This document shows positions 26,156-36,425 of a DNA stretch of 57,960 bases, piece after piece. The stretch is taken from positions 1-57,960 of the IMG/VR virus record IMGVR_UViG_3300031454_000004; one strand, 5' to 3'. The stretch comes from a virus (lineage: Duplodnaviria; Caudoviricetes). The notes under the pieces were generated by a model. The model saw only the letters and a list, made by a program, of their open reading frames with translations, had not been told where the DNA came from and searched no databases. A program made the translations under genes and the position numbers. Position 1 is the first letter of the stretch, and every line of letters begins with the position of its first letter.

Positions 26156-29100
26156 ATGAGCGAAGTAAAATCGAAACGGTTAAATATATACATTGATCAG
26201 ACGGCCGCAGAAACTGCCCTTGAAAAGCTGAATGTAAAAGCGACGGCTTATAATAAGATTATTGGGGAAGGGAAAAAAAAGCAGGAAGAACTTAAAAACG
26301 AGATCGTTGCAGCCTTAACAGCAGCAGCAAAGGTTGACGGGCTGAAAGTTAACTACGCTAACCTTGCGAAGAGTATTGATGATGCAAAAAACGAACAAAA
26401 GAAATTAAGAACCGAGATTGAAGCTGGTAAAGCTTCAGGTAAAAATGTAGATGACCTGAGGGACAAACAACGGCAGCTAAGAGTTTCGGTTGCAGAAAGT
26501 GAAAAGCAGTTTAGAGCATTAAAAAGGGAGATAGCAGATTCGGAAGCTGCGGGGCGCAGTGTTTCTAAGCTAAAGCAGAACTTTACGCAGTTGGGGATTG
26601 AACTTACGTCTGCCGCAAAAAAACTGGAGGTTGTTGATGCAGAGCAGAGAAAAATATCTCAGCAAATTGATAGTAAGATTGGGCCATCGCTGAAGCAGCA
26701 GAAGAACCTGGTAGCGCAATTGAATGCCGAATTGCACCGGCTGCCGGTCGGCACTGCGGAGTTTGGAGAAAAATTGCAGCAGTTGCGGCAAGCTGAACCG
26801 GTATTGGCTGCAATTAAGGAGAGGATAAAAGGTGTAGAAGATGCTCAAAATAACATGCTAAAGGGCAGCAGCGTGTTAACCAGAGCCGGTGTTTTTATTG
26901 CAGGCTTTGCCGCAAATGTAGCTGCCCAGGCAATGAGCGCTGTTAAACAGGCAATAACAGATACTTTCCAACTAACATCACAGTTCGAAACGTCAATAGC
27001 CAACTTATCGGCCATTACAGGAGCCGCCGGTGCGGATTTGGATTTTTTAAAGGCATCGGCGATAGACCTTTCAAAAAAAGGTGCAACATCCGCGCAGGAA
27101 TATGTTGACGCTTTTAAATTAATAGCATCAGCCAAACCAGAATTATTAAATGCCAAAGATGACCTTGTAGCTGTAGCTCAGGCAGCAAACCTTTTAGCAA
27201 ATGCTTCTGGCCTTGACTTGCCAACAGCGGCAACAAAATTAACCGATGCTCTTAATCAGTTTGGCGCACCAGCATCGGATGCTGCCAAGTATGTGGATGC
27301 ATTGGCCGCCGCGGCTAAATATGGATCTGCAGAAGTACCTGAATTAACTGATGCGATAATAAAGTTTGGCAGTATTGCTAAATCGGCCAACGTTGATATT
27401 TATGAAAGTTCTGCTGCTGTTGAGTTGTTGGGCGAGCATGCTTTGAAAGGTGCTGATGCAGGAACAGCTTTAAGAAACGTACTAATTAGGCTTAGTGCAG
27501 TTGAAGTATTGCCAAAAGAGGCATTAGCATCGTTGAAAGCGGCCGGGGTTAATACCGATATACTTAAAGATAAAAGCCTTTCACTTGAAAAGAGGCTTGC
27601 AGAACTTTCCAAAATAAAAGATAACGACAACGCGATTACCAGGGTATTTAACGCAGAAAACTTAAACGCAGGCCAGATAATACTTCAGAATTTACCGAGA
27701 TATGCACAGTTAGCTGCACAAATAAAAGAACAGGGTGTAGCAGCGCAGCAGGCCGCCGTTAATACCAGTACGCTCGCTAACAGATGGGAACAATTCAAAA
27801 ACATCCTTGCCTCCCGTGTATTAAACGGATCGAATGATTTCCTCAAATCTTTGGTTGAGAGAATTACCACACTTGTAGAGCCTACGAAAACAGCCACTGA
27901 ACAATTTAAAGAATTAAGTTCGTCAGTAAATAACCTGGAGAAAAACGTAATTCCTCTTGCTAACAGGTACGACGAATTGAAAGGTAAAACCAACCTGAGT
28001 AATGCAGAACAGGCGGAGATGAAATCTATTGTAGGTCAAATTGCTTCTATCATGCCAGGGGCTGTATCTGCGCAGGATCAATATGGCGCTGCTATAGCAA
28101 TAAATACGGGAAGGGTTCGTGAATTTGTGCAGGCCGAAAAAGCCAGGTTAACGGTAGTTAACTCAAAAGCAATTGATGAGTATTCGAAAAAGGTTAATGC
28201 GGCTCAAGCTGCCATTGATGCGCTTGCTGCAAGACAAAAAGAGCGGCTAAGTTCAGGAACTTTTACCGTTGCTGAAACCACCACTGGTTTTGAAAAAGGA
28301 TCGGCACGAACTGATTATAGAAAAGCCAACCAGGCTGAAATAGCTGACTTTGATGCAAAGTATCAGAAGCTAAAGACCTTGAAACAGGGATCGGAGGAGG
28401 AGTTGAAAAGGTTGAGCGGGGATGCCTTGCAGGCACAGTTGGACGCCCAGGCCGATGCAGCTAAAAAAGCTGATGCAGAAAGGAAGAAGTTACAAGATGG
28501 AGTAAAAGATGATGACAATAAGAAAAATACCGAAACCACAACCAAATTAAAAAACCAGCTTAACGAGCGCACCCGCCTCGTTAAAGAATACAACGATTTT
28601 GTAAAAGGGCTGAACGAGAACATCAACGACCTTCTTACGCCGGATGCTTCGCGCAAGATGATTGAAATTTTTAAGGAAGCACAGAAGGAAACAGAAAAGC
28701 TTAACGACCTTAAAGCCAAAGGCGCGATCAATGAAACGCAACGGCAGGAGACATTGCTGGTAATAAATAAAAAAAGGCAGGAGGCTATACACGCTTTATT
28801 GGTTGAGGAGGAAAAATCATATAAAACCACCATTGTAAATAATTCTACAATAGATCCTTCAGGCTTGCCAAAAGCATTGCAGAATACCGTACAAAATCAG
28901 AAGGTAGAAATTAAAGTGCCGGTAGAGTTTCTGCCGCAAATATTGCCTGAAGACGAAAAGGTGGTAGCTGAAGCCCTGCAAAAAACTTTAAAGAAATTAC
29001 AGGACGAAAACAAAGCAGGCTTTCAACTAAAAACACTTACCGCCAAGAACCCCGGCGATAAGCGAAAGGCAGAATTGGCAAGTTTGGAAAACGATTATGC

Positions 29101-30220
29101 CGATACTTTTAAAAACATCGAAACACAGAGGGCGCAGATTGTTGCAGGTACACGCAAACAAGTAGATAATGTTTTATTGGTACAGGAACAGGAATACCTG
29201 CAAAAGAGAAAAGATATAAATAAAGCTGCATTAGATGAAATACTGGCAGGTATCTCTACGGCATTAGACTTTGCTGCCCAGGTTGTAAATGTATTGGGTA
29301 AGTTTAACGATGCAAAAGAAAAACGGGAGAATGCAGCATTACAACGTGAATTAAAAAACAATGATGCCCGAAAGGAAGGTATTAGAAAATTGGAGGCAGG
29401 TAAGGTTATCAGTGCACAGGAAGCACGCCGACAGATACGTGACATTGAGATTCAGGATGATGCAAGAAGACAAGCATTAGAAAAAAAGCAGTTTGAAAGA
29501 AGAAAGCGTTTTCAAATTGCTGAAGCACTTATAAGTGGTGCCCAGGCAGTTGTACGGACAATTGCAATATATGGTCCACCCATTCCTACAAGTCCAAAAG
29601 GTATTGAGTCTATTATAGGGTTAGCTTTAGATGCTGCATTAACAGCAGCCTCGATTATAGCCATTGCCAGCCAGAAATTTGCAACCGGCGGTAAAGTAAC
29701 CCCCGAAGAATTGAGGAACGGGCGCATAAATGTTACTGCCAACATACCAACGCAACCCAATGGCGATAATGTTTTTGCCACCGTAAAAACCGGCGAAGTA
29801 ATACTTAACGAAGATCAGCAGCGTAAGCTGGGCGGCCATAAAGTTTTTAAAGCCATTGGCGTACCCGGCTTTGCCGGTGGCGGCGCTGTACAACCATTTT
29901 GGAAAACCCGCCCTTACCAACGGCTTGATGTGCCGGCAATAACCCGAAGCATGCAAATAGTAAAATTTGCCGAGGGTGGAAGGGTAGGATCTGCTGCAAA
30001 TATATCTTCACCTGCTACCGATGGTGCAGTATTGGAATTGCTGAAACAATCCCAGGAAATACTGCATCAATCACAAAAAGTGAATTTTGCATTATTACAA
30101 TCAACAAGTGATTTAAATAATCATCTTGCTGAAGGAATAAGGGCTGATGTTTTGCTGGGAGACATACACAGGCAGCAAAAGCAGTTAGATAGAATAAGAG
30201 CTGATGCGGGCTTGAGGTAA
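26156..30220 (+). CDS. Tail tape measure protein (TP901-type core)
   Basis: 1354 aa, helical and Ala-rich; FETSIANLSAITGA..LKASA, LNQFG..A.DA....D.LAA, AGTALRNVL; C-terminal FAxGG motifs. Confidence 0.95.
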   Translation: MSEVKSKRLNIYIDQTAAETALEKLNVKATAYNKIIGEGKKKQEELKNEIVAALTAAAKVDGLKVNYANLAKSIDDAKNEQKKLRTEIEAGKASGKNVDDLRDKQRQLRVSVAESEKQFRALKREIADSEAAGRSVSKLKQNFTQLGIELTSAAKKLEVVDAEQRKISQQIDSKIGPSLKQQKNLVAQLNAELHRLPVGTAEFGEKLQQLRQAEPVLAAIKERIKGVEDAQNNMLKGSSVLTRAGVFIAGFAANVAAQAMSAVKQAITDTFQLTSQFETSIANLSAITGAAGADLDFLKASAIDLSKKGATSAQEYVDAFKLIASAKPELLNAKDDLVAVAQAANLLANASGLDLPTAATKLTDALNQFGAPASDAAKYVDALAAAAKYGSAEVPELTDAIIKFGSIAKSANVDIYESSAAVELLGEHALKGADAGTALRNVLIRLSAVEVLPKEALASLKAAGVNTDILKDKSLSLEKRLAELSKIKDNDNAITRVFNAENLNAGQIILQNLPRYAQLAAQIKEQGVAAQQAAVNTSTLANRWEQFKNILASRVLNGSNDFLKSLVERITTLVEPTKTATEQFKELSSSVNNLEKNVIPLANRYDELKGKTNLSNAEQAEMKSIVGQIASIMPGAVSAQDQYGAAIAINTGRVREFVQAEKARLTVVNSKAIDEYSKKVNAAQAAIDALAARQKERLSSGTFTVAETTTGFEKGSARTDYRKANQAEIADFDAKYQKLKTLKQGSEEELKRLSGDALQAQLDAQADAAKKADAERKKLQDGVKDDDNKKNTETTTKLKNQLNERTRLVKEYNDFVKGLNENINDLLTPDASRKMIEIFKEAQKETEKLNDLKAKGAINETQRQETLLVINKKRQEAIHALLVEEEKSYKTTIVNNSTIDPSGLPKALQNTVQNQKVEIKVPVEFLPQILPEDEKVVAEALQKTLKKLQDENKAGFQLKTLTAKNPGDKRKAELASLENDYADTFKNIETQRAQIVAGTRKQVDNVLLVQEQEYLQKRKDINKAALDEILAGISTALDFAAQVVNVLGKFNDAKEKRENAALQRELKNNDARKEGIRKLEAGKVISAQEARRQIRDIEIQDDARRQALEKKQFERRKRFQIAEALISGAQAVVRTIAIYGPPIPTSPKGIESIIGLALDAALTAASIIAIASQKFATGGKVTPEELRNGRINVTANIPTQPNGDNVFATVKTGEVILNEDQQRKLGGHKVFKAIGVPGFAGGGAVQPFWKTRPYQRLDVPAITRSMQIVKFAEGGRVGSAANISSPATDGAVLELLKQSQEILHQSQKVNFALLQSTSDLNNHLAEGIRADVLLGDIHRQQKQLDRIRADAGLR

Positions 30221-30222
30221 GT

Positions 30223-30432
30223 TTAAACTGCCTTTATTACTTCAATTGGATTCACTTCGGGTACCATGATATGTTTGTCTTCATAATCCTTTACTATTTC
30301 CAAAAGCAGCGCTAATTCGTCTGCTTCGGGTGTACCTTCTCCGGCGTGTAAAATTTCCATGGTTCGCTTAACAGCTTTTTTATATTCCGCTTTTTTATAT
30401 TCCGCCTTTGTTTTTATTACTTTCCAATTCAT
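30223..30432 (-). pseudogene. higA: N-terminal fragment of a HigA-type antitoxin lacking the HTH domain
   Basis: WKVIKT..EY..A..R...I..A..GTPEADEL.LL...V.DYE.KH; stops before the HTH; contains a 15-bp internal duplication (AEYKK twice). Confidence 0.65.
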
Positions 30433-30613
30433 AATCATTTTGCTTTTCATATCTCAAAATTAATACCTTTTTTATCTTCTCACTTTAGGGCTGCTTGCCA
30501 CTAAGAACAATATTTTAGCGTATTTTTACGAAGTGTCCAATAGCGCAAATCCACTCTTTCTATGATAAACAATAGGTTTAGTTTTGTCAAACAGTTTCCC
30601 ATAAAAGTCAACT

Positions 30614-30832
30614 ATGTCAGAAGAAAATGTTGCTCAAATTCTTTCGTACTTGCAGGATTTAAAAAATGACCTGCAGGACTTAAAGAAAGACGTGGGTAAA
30701 ATGGATAAGCAGCTTAAAATAATAGATATAAGACTTTCGCTGATAGAACAGAGACTAAGCAATATAGAACCCTGGCTTTCGGTTGAAAATAACCATCTTA
30801 AATACGATACGGCAAAACATCCGATTGCTTAA
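30614..30832 (+). CDS. Small coiled-coil protein with its own promoter and terminator
   Basis: Heptad leucines; TAGTTTTG box upstream; terminator at 30865-30899. Confidence 0.55.
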   Translation: MSEENVAQILSYLQDLKNDLQDLKKDVGKMDKQLKIIDIRLSLIEQRLSNIEPWLSVENNHLKYDTAKHPIA

Positions 30833-30969
30833 CCGATATTGTTTCAGCACCTTTAAATGTTTGCGCCCCCGGTTTCTAAAAAAACCGGGGGCTTTTTTTA
30901 TGCGTCGCAACTACCCCCGACAACATGAATTCATAATTCATAATTCCTAATTCTGAATTATAATTGCTT

Positions 30970-31008
30970 CATTGTCCTTTCCCCACCCGCCGCTAAATGC
31001 CACTTTTG
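30970..31008 (+). promoter_or_regulatory. Putative late promoter, copy 3
   Basis: CATTGTCCTTT-N20-CACTTTTG. Confidence 0.7.
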
Positions 31009-31012
31009 ATAT

Positions 31013-31330
31013 GTGGCCGAAACAATCACCTTTAAAGAAGCCCTGAACCTGTTGGACTCCGGAGCCATGTTTACCGATATGGCATTTGTAACCGACGACG
31101 AAAAACGCGGCACCGGCGGCGAATGGATAGAGATTAAAAAAGGGTTTAAACACGACTTTGTTTCTAAAAAAGAAAGAGCCATGCTTGCAAAAGCGCAACC
31201 GCAACAGGCAGTTAAAAAAAACCCCCATCACTACGAAAACAGCACCCGCAACATTGCCCTGCCTAATGGCGAAATACGCAAAGTAAGCATCAGGCTGATA
31301 AGAAGATTTAACGGCAAAATAGTAACCTGA
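31013..31330 (+). CDS. Phage hypothetical protein upstream of the portal
   Basis: KNPHHYENSTRNI...IRLI..FNG. Confidence 0.6.
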   Translation: MAETITFKEALNLLDSGAMFTDMAFVTDDEKRGTGGEWIEIKKGFKHDFVSKKERAMLAKAQPQQAVKKNPHHYENSTRNIALPNGEIRKVSIRLIRRFNGKIVT

Positions 31331-31334
31331 CAAA

Positions 31335-32708
31335 ATGATAGATAGTTTTGGCGATATAGCATTAGGCAGCAAGGCAGGCAGCATCATTATAGCTGGTGAT
31401 TCGCAGGATTATGAAACAAACAGAACCCCATCGCCGGAAGCGCTTTCGGTTACCACACCCGAGCCATGGAGCAACTGGGGCGCTAATAACCTAATGCCGC
31501 AGGAGATTGCCAACGACATTGAAAACTGCGGTGTACTGGCCGCGGCATTAGATGCCAAAGCACGTATTGGAACAGGCAAGGGCATGCAACCCTTTATGCT
31601 AAAAAACATCAGCAGCGATGGTAAAGAAGAATTAGAGTGGGTAAGCGACAGAGAGATACACGACTGGCTGGAGCTAAATGAAAGCTTTGAATTTGCTTAC
31701 GACAGCAGCTTCGATAAACATGCCTATGGGTGGAACTGCGGCAGCTATATTCTTAACCTTGGCCGAAATAAAATTACCAAAGCAAAAAGGCATGATGTTT
31801 ACGAAGCAAGGCTCGAGAAAAAGCAGCCTTCAGGCATCATCAACAGCCTGTACTTAAGCCCCGACTGGGCAGGCGCCTCAACCATATATGAAACTAAAAA
31901 GCAAAAAAGAATTGACCTGCTAACCGAGGGCAACGAGCTTGCAGATTTAGAAAACCGTATTGCCAACAACAGCAGTAAAATAGAGTTTGCTTTTGTTAAC
32001 CGCACCGTTCGCAATGGCAGGCATTATTACCCGATACCGCTTTACCGCAGCAATAAAGCCTGGATAAAGATTGCCCGCAGTGTGCCCGCACTAAAGATAG
32101 CGATGTATAAAAACCAGATCACTTTAAAGTACCTGGTAATTATTCACCCGAAATTTTGGGAAGACAAGGTTGGACAGGTTGCATGGAACAAATACCTCGC
32201 CGACGAGAAAAAGAAGTTTCAGGAGGAGTATTACGATAAGATAGATGTTTGGCTTAGCGGCGAAGAAAAAAGTTACAAAAGCCTGTTTACCGGTGGCTTT
32301 ATGGATATAGCAACGGGAAAATTTACCCCTTACGTAGAGGTGAAGGAAATTAGTGATACGATGAAGGACGGCAAACACTTGCCCGACAGCGGCGCAGCCA
32401 ACAGCGAAATTTTGTTTGCCCTGATGATAAACCCGGCGCTGATGGGCGCAGGCAACCCCGGCGGCAACGCATACGGCGATACCAGCGGCGGCAGTAATGT
32501 ACGCGAAAGCTTTTTGGTACAACTGATGATCATGGAAGCCGAACGAAGATTAAACGCGTCGGTATTTAACGTGGTGAAGAATTTTAACGGATGGAGCAAA
32601 AGAATTGAAGGTGCTGATGGCATAAACGGAAGATTGGTTTTCAGGTACCCGAGCGGCTTGCTTACTACCTTAGATACGGGTAAGAGTACTAAGCCGGAGA
32701 ACCTTTAG
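31335..32708 (+). CDS. Portal protein
   Basis: 457 aa; WGANNLMP, RHYYPIP, ILFALMINPALMG, GSNVRE; followed by a connector-like gene. Confidence 0.7.
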   Translation: MIDSFGDIALGSKAGSIIIAGDSQDYETNRTPSPEALSVTTPEPWSNWGANNLMPQEIANDIENCGVLAAALDAKARIGTGKGMQPFMLKNISSDGKEELEWVSDREIHDWLELNESFEFAYDSSFDKHAYGWNCGSYILNLGRNKITKAKRHDVYEARLEKKQPSGIINSLYLSPDWAGASTIYETKKQKRIDLLTEGNELADLENRIANNSSKIEFAFVNRTVRNGRHYYPIPLYRSNKAWIKIARSVPALKIAMYKNQITLKYLVIIHPKFWEDKVGQVAWNKYLADEKKKFQEEYYDKIDVWLSGEEKSYKSLFTGGFMDIATGKFTPYVEVKEISDTMKDGKHLPDSGAANSEILFALMINPALMGAGNPGGNAYGDTSGGSNVRESFLVQLMIMEAERRLNASVFNVVKNFNGWSKRIEGADGINGRLVFRYPSGLLTTLDTGKSTKPENL

Positions 32709-32742
32709 AGAATGATGAATTAAGAATTAAGAATTATGAATT

Positions 32743-32874
32743 ATGAGTAATAATAAAATCTTTGTGCTTCTGACTTTAATAATAGTTGGTGTGGCGGTTT
32801 TGCTTCATGTAATTTATGTAGAATTATTCTTGCTTTGGGTATGGCTGATGATAAAGGTTGGAGAGCAACCATAA
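32743..32874 (+). CDS. 43-aa hydrophobic peptide between heptamer arrays
   Basis: MSNNKIFVLLTLIIVGVAVLLHVIYVELFLLWVWLMIKVGEQP; the start and stop codons lie in the flanking repeats. Confidence 0.45.
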   Translation: MSNNKIFVLLTLIIVGVAVLLHVIYVELFLLWVWLMIKVGEQP

Positions 32875-32938
32875 TTCATAATTCAGCATTATAAATTAAA
32901 ACAAAGTGTCTCTTATAATAACATGAAAACTAAAACCA

Positions 32939-33151
32939 ATGAAACAGGATCCAAAATTAGTGGCAGCAAAAGAAGATAATGAACGTGAGGTTAAGCATAT
33001 ATGCTCACGCTTTAAGATACCTATTGCTGCGGTGAGAAAAGTTATGATGGATACCGGCAAAGACGGAAGGCCTTGCAGAAGCAGAAAAATAATTTACGCT
33101 GCACTGCGGAAAGAGGGATATGTGATTAATGTAAAAAAGAAAACCGCCTAA
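32939..33151 (+). CDS. DUF3606-like small protein
   Basis: D.KLV......EV......F......VR.......G..R..I pattern. Confidence 0.5.
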   Translation: MKQDPKLVAAKEDNEREVKHICSRFKIPIAAVRKVMMDTGKDGRPCRSRKIIYAALRKEGYVINVKKKTA

Positions 33152-33217
33152 TTCAGAATTATGAATTCAGAATTGACAATTCATAATTTATAATTCATAA
33201 TTATAAATTAAAACAAA

Positions 33218-34174
33218 GTGCTTATTAAAGAAAACGATATAACAACGCTTCGCAGGTATGTTAAGATGAGCTTTACGGCTACGGCGGTTAAGAGCATGCC
33301 CGATATTGATGCGGCAGAGCGCAAGTTTTTAATCCCGATACTTACACAACCGGTTTTTAATGCATTGCAAGCGGAGGTTGATGCAAACGATGCCACCTGG
33401 AGCACGTTATTAAACCTGTGCCGGGCAGCTATTGCCCCATTAGCCTTATGGCTCGATCTGCCTTTTATGCAGGCAAGTATTGAAGATGGCGGCATTAAAA
33501 CTACCCATAGCGATAATAAAGAAGCAGCCCACCAATGGGAGTACAGGCAGATTGAAACTGCCCTGGTTAATAAAGGAATGGCAGCGCTTGAAGACCTGAT
33601 CGATCATTTGCTTGTAAACGGCAGTAATTATGAATGGCAGGACAGGGCGGATGATAACTCCATTTTTAGAACCGGTAAAGACTTTAGCAGGTACGTTTAC
33701 CTGCACCAGCCCAACCTAACGTTTCAACAACTGAAACCATTGGTTAAAGAAGTGGAAGACCACTTTATACGGCCCGCGATAGGTGATGCGTTTTATAATT
33801 CGCTGGCATTGCTTAGCACCCCCGGCGAGGGAGAAATAAAAGCGATACAACTGATAAAAAAAGCTGTTGCCAATTATACGGTTGTACGGGCCGTAGAACG
33901 GTTGCCTGTAAAGATCACTCCTTATGGTTTAATGGCATCGCTGCAAAACAATACAGAGGGTAAAGCTGATGCGCCTGCTAAAGATAACCAGCTTAGCCTG
34001 CTAATGACGAGCAGCCAGCGCGAAGCTGATGCGTATTTGTTTCAATTAATGGAATACCTGAATAAAACTGCTTCAGCATTAGTGTTCAATACATTTTTTA
34101 CAAGTGCTTATTACATTATCCGACTTAATAAAATTGACGGCAATTATTTACGAAAAGGCGTATGCGCACTTTAA
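33218..34174 (+). CDS. DUF6712-like head-tail connector protein
   Basis: Two internal repeats (AERKFLIPIL / VEDHFIRPAIG); located after the portal. Confidence 0.65.
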   Translation: MLIKENDITTLRRYVKMSFTATAVKSMPDIDAAERKFLIPILTQPVFNALQAEVDANDATWSTLLNLCRAAIAPLALWLDLPFMQASIEDGGIKTTHSDNKEAAHQWEYRQIETALVNKGMAALEDLIDHLLVNGSNYEWQDRADDNSIFRTGKDFSRYVYLHQPNLTFQQLKPLVKEVEDHFIRPAIGDAFYNSLALLSTPGEGEIKAIQLIKKAVANYTVVRAVERLPVKITPYGLMASLQNNTEGKADAPAKDNQLSLLMTSSQREADAYLFQLMEYLNKTASALVFNTFFTSAYYIIRLNKIDGNYLRKGVCAL

Positions 34175-35109
34175 AAATGCTTAAAGGTTTTTACATAGCA
34201 GGAATTAATGTAATGCCCGCCGACCTGGACGGTATTAAGGTTGTAGGCATATTGCTTGTATTGGGTATGCTGTTTATAATTGCATGGATTACAGGGTTGA
34301 TAAGGATTGTACAGAAAGTTATACTTGCTCCCGGTGATGCTGCGGTAAACATTGAAGCAAAAATACATTCGGTAGAGAATGCGCTTAATGCAATGATTAC
34401 AATAGATGAGGATAGTAAAGTTATCGCATGGAATAAGAGGGCTGAAATTATGTTTGGTTGGAAAGAGACTGATGTATTAAAAAGAGACTTAGCGGAATTA
34501 ATTATTCCTATTGAATATCGTGAAATGCACAAGGCAGGGATAAAAAGATATATCGAAACCGGTGAGAGTAAAATTATAAATTCTCCGGCTGGCACTGAAC
34601 TAAAGGCTTTAAAAAAAGATAAAACACTATTAGATATAAGGCTTTATTTATGCGCATGGAAAAACGAGGCAGGGTTTCAATTCTTTGGGGCAAACATTGT
34701 GGACATAACAAAAGAGAAAGCTGTGGATGCTGTTTTATTTAAGGAAATAGAGTTATACAGGCAGGGTGAGGTAGCTGGTAAATGTGGAGTGGCTATTTTT
34801 TATATTCTTGAAGATATTACAGTTCCTTCACCGGGATTTTGCGAGTTGTTTGATATGGACTATAAAACTACCTATAATGCTGCTGATTTTATAAGCAGAA
34901 TACATCACGAAGATCGGATTTTAGCTACGACTGCTATTGCTAATGTTATTGACACTAATGAAGGTTTCGATTTGCATTATAGGGTAGTTAAAAAAGATTT
35001 AAGCCTTATTTATGTAGAAAGCAAAGCCTATGCTTACGAAAGAGATGAACAAGGGAAAGTTCTTTCATTAATAAGTTATTTAAGAAATATAGAAAAACAT
35101 GAGCGATAG
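34162..35109 (+). CDS. Membrane protein with two PAS domains and no output domain
   Basis: TM at aa ~27-47; NALNAMITID...I.AWNKRAE.MFGW...DVL; second PAS with IHHEDR and FDLHYRV. Confidence 0.85.
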   Translation: MRTLKMLKGFYIAGINVMPADLDGIKVVGILLVLGMLFIIAWITGLIRIVQKVILAPGDAAVNIEAKIHSVENALNAMITIDEDSKVIAWNKRAEIMFGWKETDVLKRDLAELIIPIEYREMHKAGIKRYIETGESKIINSPAGTELKALKKDKTLLDIRLYLCAWKNEAGFQFFGANIVDITKEKAVDAVLFKEIELYRQGEVAGKCGVAIFYILEDITVPSPGFCELFDMDYKTTYNAADFISRIHHEDRILATTAIANVIDTNEGFDLHYRVVKKDLSLIYVESKAYAYERDEQGKVLSLISYLRNIEKHER

Positions 35110-35383
35110 CAACGAAAAAATAATGGGTGGTATTATAGCAGGCATAACAGCAGTTGCAGGCTGGTTCTTCGGGAAGAAGAAAAGAAAAGTAGAGCTTACA
35201 GATAAGGAGTTTGACCTTGACGAAAAGAGGTTTGACAGACTAAAAGAAGATATTGTTGAGCTTATAAAAAAAGGCGAAGTATGGGAAAGCAAGTATAATG
35301 CTTTGCTAATTGAAGCAGCACAGCTAAAGGGAGATTTAGCAGAAGCACGAAGGCAGATAATAAAACTTAAATATAAAAATTAA
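35099..35383 (+). CDS. Holin-like protein (N-terminal TM + coiled coil)
   Basis: GGIIAGITAVAGWFFGKKKRK followed by a coiled coil. Confidence 0.5.
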   Translation: MSDSNEKIMGGIIAGITAVAGWFFGKKKRKVELTDKEFDLDEKRFDRLKEDIVELIKKGEVWESKYNALLIEAAQLKGDLAEARRQIIKLKYKN

Positions 35384-35388
35384 AAAGT

Positions 35389-35679
35389 ATGAAAAAAATA
35401 CATTTCAGTTTCTCAAACTTTTTTGCATTTGTAATTTTTGGTTCCGTGTTTGCATTCTTTTGGAATAAAAACGACCCAACCATTAATGAAACCTATAAGA
35501 ACATCCTGCTTATAATAGCCGGGTTTATTTTTGGCTCAAGTAAAAGCTCACAAAGTAAAGACGATACTATACAATCTATGCAGGAGGATAAAACAAAAGC
35601 AAATGTAATCGGTGATAGTGTTGATACACAAAATATTACAGTTTCTTCTGATACTCCTTTGAATAAGGAAGACAAATAA
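35389..35679 (+). CDS. Two-TM holin-like protein
   Basis: Two TM segments; GFIFGSSKSSQSKD motif. Confidence 0.55.
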   Translation: MKKIHFSFSNFFAFVIFGSVFAFFWNKNDPTINETYKNILLIIAGFIFGSSKSSQSKDDTIQSMQEDKTKANVIGDSVDTQNITVSSDTPLNKEDK

Positions 35680-35681
35680 AA

Positions 35682-36416
35682 ATGCTATACAAGAACCAGT
35701 TTAGTTTAACCGGAACGGATATTCAGAACGCGATTATAGCGGCTGCGATAGATCGTATTAAATTTCCGTTTGAGCGGATAAAGTTCCCTAACGGTATGTG
35801 TCAAATAGGTTGGAGAGACCTGAACCCACCACATAAATATAGAAATATAGAAATGGGCGGTGAACCTCTTATAGGTTCGTTTGACGGGCGCAAGTACACG
35901 CTGGGCGTGTTCTATCCTTCAAATGGAAACATATTTGCAGATAACGCTTTGGTAGCTCATCCTGAACTTGCACAAAGCACAGTAAGCGCAGAAATGGCGC
36001 ACTCTGTTGACGAGTTTCTGCCGCTTACAGACGAACAAAGGGAGAAACTTATTAAACTAACATCTTATGGGGAAACAACGGAAGTTCATACATGGTGGGA
36101 GAAACAAGACTACGAAGCGGAGTATTTCACGCTTGTTGGAGAGGCGTTCATGCAGATGTTTACGGTTGCGTACAGCGATATACCGTTCGGTAACGCTGCA
36201 TCCTTTCATCATACATTAAAACAAGAACAAGTGAACGAGTTTCTTTCGATTATGGGAATACAGCGAACGGATTATGTAGCACCAAACAAGTTCATGGGTT
36301 ACGGTAAAAGCCTTGTTTACCACACGCTGAAACACTACCCACTCAATAATGGACGCGAAATATTCGGAACGATGTTCAAGGATTATAGGCCTTGTAAAAT
36401 CTGTAAGCCTAAGTGA
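35682..36416 (+). CDS. Hypothetical protein with zincin-like core and C-terminal Cys/His metal-binding motif
   Basis: AEMAH (degenerate HExxH) plus GEAF; VYH...PCKICKP. Confidence 0.4.
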   Translation: MLYKNQFSLTGTDIQNAIIAAAIDRIKFPFERIKFPNGMCQIGWRDLNPPHKYRNIEMGGEPLIGSFDGRKYTLGVFYPSNGNIFADNALVAHPELAQSTVSAEMAHSVDEFLPLTDEQREKLIKLTSYGETTEVHTWWEKQDYEAEYFTLVGEAFMQMFTVAYSDIPFGNAASFHHTLKQEQVNEFLSIMGIQRTDYVAPNKFMGYGKSLVYHTLKHYPLNNGREIFGTMFKDYRPCKICKPK

Positions 36417-36425
36417 TTTACAGAT

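Noticed and set aside
29677-29980. FATGG/FAGGG/FAEGG motifs in the tape measure as part of the left-module cleavage code
   Set aside because: Such motifs are common in tape measure C-termini and differ from the [VIL][SA]GxG pattern.
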